From contig CAXXMR010000012.1 of NCBI GenBank assembly GCA_963663805.2, positions 320,001-384,000 on the forward strand: a stretch of 64,000 nt of DNA, written 5' to 3'. The DNA comes from Sedimentisphaerales bacterium (GTDB lineage Bacteria; Planctomycetota; Phycisphaerae; Sedimentisphaerales; SM23-30). This document shows positions 57,433 through 64,000 of this stretch, piece by piece (the first letter of the stretch is position 1; each line of letters starts with the position of its first letter). The position numbers were made by a program, and so were the translations under genes. Below the pieces are notes generated by a model. The model saw only the letters and a program-made list of their open reading frames with translations, had not been told where the DNA came from and made no database searches.

Positions 57433-60038
57433 TTAACACCGGCGAGCCAATCCTGAGCCAGAACCGGGAATTCATTAAGGTCCACCCTGCTGCTGTGGTT
57501 CAGGTCAGCACCAGAGCACCAGCCGTTGGTTATACTGCAATCACTTTGCAGCCAATTTTGGGCGATATAAACCAGGTCTTCTAAATCAACCTGGCAATCA
57601 TAAGCCAAATCACCAGGGTAGTTCTGCATACACAATCCGTCAAGGCTAACATCATCAATCCCCCAGAACCAGTCAGACAGAGCATTGTAATAATGCCAAC
57701 GGAATTGCACCTGACTTTGCCCTGAAGCTGCGGACAGAGCAACCGTCTGGATGCCCCAGGATTTATATTCATACCGTGCGACATTCTGCCACGCGCCCCC
57801 ATTGACCCTCATATCAACATCCGCCACGGCGCTGTATGTCGTAAAATAGTGACTGAACTGAAGGTTTATCTCGGTAAAATTGCTACAGTTAAAAACCGGG
57901 CTGAGAAGCTGCTCATCCAGAACTACTGCTCCAAACCACCAACTATCGGCAATCATAAAAGGTCCGGCCAGGTTTGGACTGGAACGTTGGCCGGGATTGT
58001 CATCTCGCCAGGTCATCCCGTCGCTATAACCATCGATGATCGTCCAGCCGTCCGGCAGTCCCGTGCCGAAATCCGTCTGGTAAATATTGACAGCTAAATC
58101 CTGGATGCCCAAAACCACGTTTCGTGATTGACTGACGTTACTGCTTGAGTTGGTGAAAATAATTAGAGCAGTATAATAACCTTCCTCTAAAATTTCGGCT
58201 TCGGTAGTAAAGGCTGCTTCGATAATAATTTCCTGGTTTGGCAGCAGAGTACCGGTTATCAAATCGGTAGTGGGGCCGCTGCCGTCATCAAGGCTAAGCC
58301 AGTCGGCGACGGTTGAGATTTCATAATCAAACCCACCCAGTCCACGATTGCTGACAGTATAAGAATGGTTCGCTGGCAAAAACGGACCCGCCTGCTGACC
58401 TGCCGCTACGAAATCTGATTCCGGAGTTAATTCCAGAGCATCTAAAGCGTAGTCGAATGTAAGTTCCATTCCCGGCGAACTTATATTCTGGATTCCCAGA
58501 CCCGAACGCAGACCATCCCACCAGTTGGTATTCGGCAAGGCATGATAAGGCCCACAGACCACAAAATCTGGTGCTGCCCACAAATCTGTACCGTCACCGT
58601 AATTGACATTGTTTTCCAAATCCCATTGACCGTCAGCTTGAAGCAAAGTGACTTCGTAATGTTCCGTTGGGGTCATGGCCTGTTGGTTATTCCAGCCTTG
58701 GCGATCGACAAGCCAGATGGCAAGGCCAGAGTCGGGAAGGTTGCTATCACGCCCGGACCGATTACGATTTTCGATAAGGAAATACTGGTCGGTCAAACTG
58801 GGGTGTTCATATTTGTAAATTGTGTTGATGCCGGCAGGGACGACTAAACCATCCTGGTAATCGGTAAGAATCTGAGTGTCGCACCAGCCCGATAAATATT
58901 TAAGAAAGGCACAAGGCTCTACCGGATTGCCGCTGCCGCCCCCGTAACTCATCAGACAATAACTGCCGATGCCGAAAGATTCAAAATCGGTGTCATAAAG
59001 GTCAGGCCAGTTGCACACCATGTGGCCGGTCTCGTGACAGTAGACACCTATTTGTAAACTGCTGCCGATATAGGCAAGCGCATAGCGGGAAGTGGATACT
59101 CCGTCGGCGGTAAATGTCACAAAGCCGCTGTGTGGCCATAAACCGCGTGACCAGCCGCTCGTGGTCCCCCCGGCGTAAAGACAGCTCAAGGCATCTATTA
59201 CGTTATCGTCGTCGCTATCGAAAATGCTGAAATCAAACCCTTCAGCTTCCATGTGGTTCAATGCTTCCAAAATCAAGAGACGTCCCATCGTGCCAGCCGA
59301 CTGAGTGTCATCGTCATAATAACTTTTTTCATACTGAGCGGTGTAGTAGGACGGAGTAGCATAGCTGTTGAAGGTTAGCAGACCGTCGGAAACATCATAA
59401 AAGTAATCGCGGACCGAACCGTTATTGCCAAACCCGGTGTAACCCTGTTGATTGAGAAAATTATCGATTTCTGAAGAGGATATGGTGTTGGGCTCATCAG
59501 GAAAATCCACTATCAGGCACAGCCCCATAACTGTGCCCTGAGTGCTGGTCCGCTGAGGCAGAACCTGAATTGTTTGACACTGCTCACCGTTGTCATAACC
59601 CGGTTTGTAACTTTGCCGATGGACGGTGACGACTTGACTGATAGTCTCCTGGCTGGGGCGAATATGGAGCGGCAAATCAAGTTCAGAGGGAATACTGTCC
59701 TGGACGGCTATACCCGTTGAAAGCAGATCGCTATTAACGGCATTCAGGGTTGCGTAACAAATAGTTTTTGTATCCGGGTCGCGTATCAAAGTATAACCGT
59801 CAAGCGATTCAATAATTTGATAATACTCATCCCCCCAGATACGGACAGCAACTAAAGAACCATCCGGTTGACGTAAATCGAACAACTCTCCCCTTGCCGG
59901 TACCGCGTGTACCTGAGTACCAGCAACGCAAAAAATAAACCAGACATATGGTATTAATGGTAAAAAGCACCGCCGAGCAGTCGCTTGCGAGGTCATCTGA
60001 GGCTTGGGAGGAAAGTATTGTCTAAGTGGGAAAAGCAT
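57426..60038 (-). CDS. M6 family metalloprotease with BACON-like and dockerin-like C-terminal domains
   Basis: QPDG..WGDE propeptide, VDFPD, GSVRDYF, HETGHMVCNWPDLYD, CLMSYG, FLIENR; start uncertain. Confidence 0.88.
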   Translation of the reverse strand: MLFPLRQYFPPKPQMTSQATARRCFLPLIPYVWFIFCVAGTQVHAVPARGELFDLRQPDGSLVAVRIWGDEYYQIIESLDGYTLIRDPDTKTICYATLNAVNSDLLSTGIAVQDSIPSELDLPLHIRPSQETISQVVTVHRQSYKPGYDNGEQCQTIQVLPQRTSTQGTVMGLCLIVDFPDEPNTISSSEIDNFLNQQGYTGFGNNGSVRDYFYDVSDGLLTFNSYATPSYYTAQYEKSYYDDDTQSAGTMGRLLILEALNHMEAEGFDFSIFDSDDDNVIDALSCLYAGGTTSGWSRGLWPHSGFVTFTADGVSTSRYALAYIGSSLQIGVYCHETGHMVCNWPDLYDTDFESFGIGSYCLMSYGGGSGNPVEPCAFLKYLSGWCDTQILTDYQDGLVVPAGINTIYKYEHPSLTDQYFLIENRNRSGRDSNLPDSGLAIWLVDRQGWNNQQAMTPTEHYEVTLLQADGQWDLENNVNYGDGTDLWAAPDFVVCGPYHALPNTNWWDGLRSGLGIQNISSPGMELTFDYALDALELTPESDFVAAGQQAGPFLPANHSYTVSNRGLGGFDYEISTVADWLSLDDGSGPTTDLITGTLLPNQEIIIEAAFTTEAEILEEGYYTALIIFTNSSSNVSQSRNVVLGIQDLAVNIYQTDFGTGLPDGWTIIDGYSDGMTWRDDNPGQRSSPNLAGPFMIADSWWFGAVVLDEQLLSPVFNCSNFTEINLQFSHYFTTYSAVADVDMRVNGGAWQNVARYEYKSWGIQTVALSAASGQSQVQFRWHYYNALSDWFWGIDDVSLDGLCMQNYPGDLAYDCQVDLEDLVYIAQNWLQSDCSITNGWCSGADLNHSSRVDLNEFPVLAQDWLAGVNQ

Positions 60039-60096
60039 CTTACAAAAATTGTGACAGCATCGTCTCTCTCTACTATTTTATAAAAAGAATATGTAC

Positions 60097-60147
60097 AAAA
60101 AAACCGGCAGTTGACAGTTTCCTCCTTATTTGTCTGCCAACCACCGG
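60097..60147 (-). terminator. Intrinsic terminator after the PEP-CTERM-like gene cluster
   Basis: CCGGTGGTTGGCAG...CTGTCAACTGCCGG followed by T7 on the minus strand. Confidence 0.75.
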
Positions 60148-60161
60148 CCATTAGTAATCAT

Positions 60162-60866
60162 TTATAAACTGCGGCGTCTTCGCAGCCAACCAACAAGGCC
60201 CATACCCATGCTGCCCAGCAATATAGCTCCAGGGGTGGGTACTACCTCTGAAATTTGAATCGCGGTCGTACCGAACTGACCGGACATTATGGCTACACCG
60301 CCCACAACACTCGCGGAATAGCTAAAGCCAGGAGGGAAAGTCAAGGGGCCGTTTGTTGCGGTCAAGCTTACGATATAGCCTGGTTCGCCATCAATAGTGC
60401 CGGTACCCTCAAGCAGCCAGGAAATATTTCCATAAGTTGTCGTGCCCGGCGTTGGATTCCAGTCGGAGGCCCCGGTGCTGTAAACAATAAGAGAATCCAG
60501 GGTAACATTGTAGAGCGATTCAGAACCCCAGGTTATTCCCAGATTATTCATAAGCTGCAAATTGCCGTTTTCATAAGTGGTTTTGTAACTATATGTGGGG
60601 TCTCCCACAAGTAATTCAACCTGAGACAATTCAGCTCCGCTCAACGAAAACGCGGCCGATCCCATGTTGCTGGTATAAAGATGATTACCAGCCTGGCCCG
60701 GTGCGCCTCCGTCCATACTTTCATTCCATTTCTGGAAGATTCCCTGAACATTTTCTTTTAGATCCAAACTCGGAGCTGCACCAGCTACCCGGCAAAAGCC
60801 CAAAGCAAAAACTGACACAACACAAATTTTTACCGTCAACTTCTTCAACATAAAAGCCTTCTCCAT
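60162..60866 (-). CDS. PEP-CTERM-like sorted surface protein
   Basis: Signal peptide; VPTPGAILLGSMGMGLVGWLRRRRSL; start may be 60851. Confidence 0.85.
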   Translation of the reverse strand: MEKAFMLKKLTVKICVVSVFALGFCRVAGAAPSLDLKENVQGIFQKWNESMDGGAPGQAGNHLYTSNMGSAAFSLSGAELSQVELLVGDPTYSYKTTYENGNLQLMNNLGITWGSESLYNVTLDSLIVYSTGASDWNPTPGTTTYGNISWLLEGTGTIDGEPGYIVSLTATNGPLTFPPGFSYSASVVGGVAIMSGQFGTTAIQISEVVPTPGAILLGSMGMGLVGWLRRRRSL

Positions 60867-60957
60867 AATGCTTCTACCCAGCCTGATAGTTCCGTCAGAC
60901 CTTTTTACTAAACCCCGACCGTTCAGGGACAAATTCTTCCAAATAAATTAATTCCGC

Positions 60958-61761
60958 TCAAATCTGCCTACGTTTTCTCAGCCAGCCCACCAAACCCATT
61001 CCTAAACTGCCCAGCAAAAGAGCCGCTGGGGCGGGTACAACACCGGCAACGTATTCCTGGCTGTCAGAGGTCACAACCAGCACGTTATAAATGTCTCTGA
61101 TACCAAGATAGTTTTCTGCACTGTCACCCCACATGATGGCTAGGCCATCTGTCAGCGGTGCGCGGGGATCACCAAAGTTAGCAGCCAGTTCTCCGGTAGA
61201 AATTGGTCGGGTGTCTCCGATTCCTAGCAGAGACCAGGTTGAAATGTCTGACCAGACCAGATTTGTTCCATGTGACCAGGAACTACCGTCTGGACTAGGT
61301 TCATAAAAACGAAAGCCATAGGCCTGGTTGCCTGAATCCCCAGCAAAATAATAACGCATCCGCTTCTCTGTGTATGTGTCGTCAATATTTTCCTCTAGAG
61401 TATAACCGCCCTGTGATGAAATGACACCGTAGTTGCCTAGCCCGTCGGTGATAACGGCGTTCATATATGGGTTGTTCCCGCCGTTGGGGCGTTTGTACGT
61501 AAACTCTACGTAACTGATTGTACTGAGAGATTGGCCGTTAAAAGAGTCTGTGCCATAATAGACTTTCTGGCCCGCACTAGAAACATTAGTAGTTACCCCA
61601 TTACCATTAGCATATTCGGTAATAGTGCCATAACCGCTTACGCCATCGTTCGCCGGACGCAAAGCCACCGCGTCAAAATCGATAGTAGTAGACGCTTCTG
61701 CCAAACCACCGAGAGCAACTAGCATTACTGCCACTGCACTTCTCACAATCAATTTTCTCAT
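60958..61761 (-). CDS. PEP-CTERM-like sorted surface protein
   Basis: Signal peptide; VPAPAALLLGSLGMGLVGWLRKRRQI; GAAAGGA SD. Confidence 0.87.
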   Translation of the reverse strand: MRKLIVRSAVAVMLVALGGLAEASTTIDFDAVALRPANDGVSGYGTITEYANGNGVTTNVSSAGQKVYYGTDSFNGQSLSTISYVEFTYKRPNGGNNPYMNAVITDGLGNYGVISSQGGYTLEENIDDTYTEKRMRYYFAGDSGNQAYGFRFYEPSPDGSSWSHGTNLVWSDISTWSLLGIGDTRPISTGELAANFGDPRAPLTDGLAIMWGDSAENYLGIRDIYNVLVVTSDSQEYVAGVVPAPAALLLGSLGMGLVGWLRKRRQI

Positions 61762-61838
61762 AATACACTTCCTTTCTTGCAAATTCTAAAATTAATTACT
61801 GAACTACTTAATTCTTATACTCTAATTCGCAAAACAAA

Positions 61839-62714
61839 TTACAAACTCCGCCGTTTCCTCAGCCAACCTACCAAACCAATTCCCAAGCTACCCAACAACA
61901 GAGCACCCGGAGTCGGGACCGGCATCACAATTGGCGCACTGGCGAAAACAATCGAATCTTCCTGCGTTAAAGCCGCATCATGGCTAAACCAGTAATCGCC
62001 CGCTTTCAGCGTAATCGGAGTATTCAGAGTGTACTGTAAACAGTAAATATTATCCACGGCATTGCCGTAATCATCCCCCAGAATGCGGTCTATACCACTG
62101 TCGGACCAACTGAAGCTCCCGCCCAGTAAATCCGAGGACAGTACGTCGCCGTCAAATCCGCCGGTATTGACCGGCATTGTTCCATTAACACTCGACCAGA
62201 TATTCATCCGAAAATTGACAGATTCACAGTCACTGTTAAAGCCGCCGACTGTACTGTAGTAACCAACGATCTCATCAATCGTAACAGCTTCTTCCAGCCG
62301 GAAAAACCCCGCGTGAATCTGGTCATAGTTGTTCGACATCGAATATGCCCGGTACAGACCCGGCACATAACCGCTGCGTGAAACCCCCGTGCCGTCGTAG
62401 TAACTGCCCTGACTGCAATCTTCGATACCGTTATTATCGAAAACCGTTGCCCCGCCCGATTTGAGCGTCAAAGCGATACTCCCCGATGTATTGTTGTAGC
62501 CTTCCTTTACCCACTGGCCCATCGCCTTAAAACGCATAGGGTCGTCAGTGAGTGAAGCGATATTATGTCCATCCGCGGCCCCCGTGTCCACTTGCCCGCC
62601 GGTGATAACATAATACATCCCCTGAGCTGTGGTCTGGTACTCACCCGCCCCGTCAAAACTGCTCCCCGCCCAGGCCGGTACAACCAAAAGCAATATTAGC
62701 AATTTTTTGACCAT
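61839..62714 (-). CDS. PEP-CTERM-like sorted surface protein
   Basis: Signal peptide; VPTPGALLLGSLGIGLVGWLRKRRSL. Confidence 0.87.
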   Translation of the reverse strand: MVKKLLILLLVVPAWAGSSFDGAGEYQTTAQGMYYVITGGQVDTGAADGHNIASLTDDPMRFKAMGQWVKEGYNNTSGSIALTLKSGGATVFDNNGIEDCSQGSYYDGTGVSRSGYVPGLYRAYSMSNNYDQIHAGFFRLEEAVTIDEIVGYYSTVGGFNSDCESVNFRMNIWSSVNGTMPVNTGGFDGDVLSSDLLGGSFSWSDSGIDRILGDDYGNAVDNIYCLQYTLNTPITLKAGDYWFSHDAALTQEDSIVFASAPIVMPVPTPGALLLGSLGIGLVGWLRKRRSL

Positions 62715-62875
62715 TCCATTATCCAATTATGCCCGGCACATTCAAAATGTGCGAATCTATACTGCTATCATCCTTCAATAGCGTCCCCGCCCAAAACCAC
62801 CGAAGCGGACCGGCCAACGCCTCACAGCGTTCGCCAGTCCGACTCCGTTGGATTAAAATACAAAAACGCTTACAC

Positions 62876-63982
62876 TTACAAACTGCGACGCTTACGCAGC
62901 CAGCCAACCAACCCCATACCCAAGCTGCCAAGCAGCAAAGCACCTGGGGCCGGAACCGCAACCGAAAGACCCCAAAGGGCTTCGCCAGTCACTTCATTAT
63001 TTTCACGTAGAGGATCCAGACCGGCAAATCCACCTGCCCAGCCACCGCTTGCAAGCTGCGAATTAGCAAGCCACCAGCCTGCCGATGAAATCGAATCCTG
63101 ATAAAGAGCCGAATCAACTGAATTCAAAGCTAAAATCGCATAAGCGGTTTCCTGAACGCCGGTATAAGCGTCATAAGGGTAAGTAGCGTATATGCCAAAA
63201 CCGCCGCCGTCAGCCTGATATGATACCAATGCGTCTGCCAGCTCAGTCAGGCTTTGCATACCATCAAGGTAACCGCCACTGATTGCGGTATCCAACTCGG
63301 TTACACCCAGAGCAGACAAGCCGTAAACACCACCAGCAAGACCAATCACGCTGTAATAACGACCGCCGTTATTGTAGTCACCGTTCCAATTGTGCAGCCC
63401 TGCCTCAATCTTGTCGGCCCAAATGTCAAGCTCAGCCTGTTCAACGCCGAGTTGAGCGGCGCCAACTGCGGCCAAGCCAACATCCCAGACACCTAAGTTA
63501 CCATAATTCTGAGAGGCTCTTATGTCTAGAATATACTGGGCATAGCTGGCAGTATCATAGAGTGTGCCGCTTTTGTCGTAAGTGCCACCAGCCAGAGCAT
63601 CATAAAACTCTGTTTTTACATCGGCAGCATAAGAAGCATCACCAGTAACCTGACTAAGCTCGTTCATAAAAATGCCGTTTCCGGTAGAATGTGGGGGGGA
63701 AACAGTCTTAATTAATTCACCAGCTTCAATGGCATTATTAAGAAAATCAATATTACCTGTCTGCTGATATGCCGCCAGAAGTCCCATAGCGGTAGGGGCA
63801 GCAGTATTGGAAGCACTGCCCGTTGCCGGATTACCGTCATCCAAAGGCCAATCCCAGCCGCCGTCTTCGTTCTGAAGATCGCCCAGACGAACACCGCCTG
63901 CCGTAAAAATCGAGGACGTATCCGCCCAGGATACCGAGCAAACCAGCATGACTATCAAAACAAAACTCAATAACTTCTTCAT
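62876..63982 (-). CDS. PEP-CTERM-like protein with prenyltransferase/squalene-cyclase-like alpha-alpha repeats
   Basis: LQNEDGGW, YQADGGGF, SQLASGGW; VPAPGALLLGSLGMGLVGWLRKRRSL; GAAAGGA SD. Confidence 0.85.
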   Translation of the reverse strand: MKKLLSFVLIVMLVCSVSWADTSSIFTAGGVRLGDLQNEDGGWDWPLDDGNPATGSASNTAAPTAMGLLAAYQQTGNIDFLNNAIEAGELIKTVSPPHSTGNGIFMNELSQVTGDASYAADVKTEFYDALAGGTYDKSGTLYDTASYAQYILDIRASQNYGNLGVWDVGLAAVGAAQLGVEQAELDIWADKIEAGLHNWNGDYNNGGRYYSVIGLAGGVYGLSALGVTELDTAISGGYLDGMQSLTELADALVSYQADGGGFGIYATYPYDAYTGVQETAYAILALNSVDSALYQDSISSAGWWLANSQLASGGWAGGFAGLDPLRENNEVTGEALWGLSVAVPAPGALLLGSLGMGLVGWLRKRRSL

Positions 63983-64000
63983 GGTCTTTCCTTTCCAAGA

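Noticed and set aside
60118..60133. Perfect TAAGGAGG in the terminator loop as a ribosome-binding or regulatory site
   Set aside because: No suitably spaced start codon follows; it is probably incidental.
1..64000. Prophage, transposase, rRNA or defence systems
   Set aside because: No ORF or sequence motif supporting these was found.

Overview
Bacterial chromosomal window. The gene content (dockerin-like C-termini, VP[TA]P[GA]-type PEP-CTERM variants, exosortase fusion) suggests a Planctomycetota/Phycisphaerae-like organism, which is an inference. The left half holds cspA, a GT2, and a minus-strand operon encoding a Tat oxidoreductase, a 7-heme cytochrome c with a membrane domain, a discoidin lipoprotein, a GT-C membrane protein and ApbE. 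It continues with alaS, recA, a secreted aspartic protease, SulP, an M20 peptidase, tRNA-Tyr, tRNA-Val, a sialidase, a frameshifted catalase, a K+ channel, a GT2 and a 1040-aa secreted protein. The right half (28.7-64 kb) is an exopolysaccharide/exosortase locus: epsI, methyltransferases, wzx, GTs, a pyruvyltransferase, a frameshifted wzy-like gene, pssD/pssE, rmlABD and a separate rmlC, wzc, a TPR protein and wza. An M6 protease and four tandem PEP-CTERM-like genes follow. Three signals stand out. (1) Both the exosortase and the priming sugar transferase carry N-terminal degenerate nucleotidyltransferase/LbH-like domains. (2) Two multi-kb G+T-rich strand domains are independent of gene direction, and each begins right beside an oriented copy of the same palindromic element. 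(3) There are several unexplained periodic repeats: a 21-bp array, a 20-bp phased A/T array and an in-frame heptamer insertion. All calls come from motif recognition by eye; no database searches were run.
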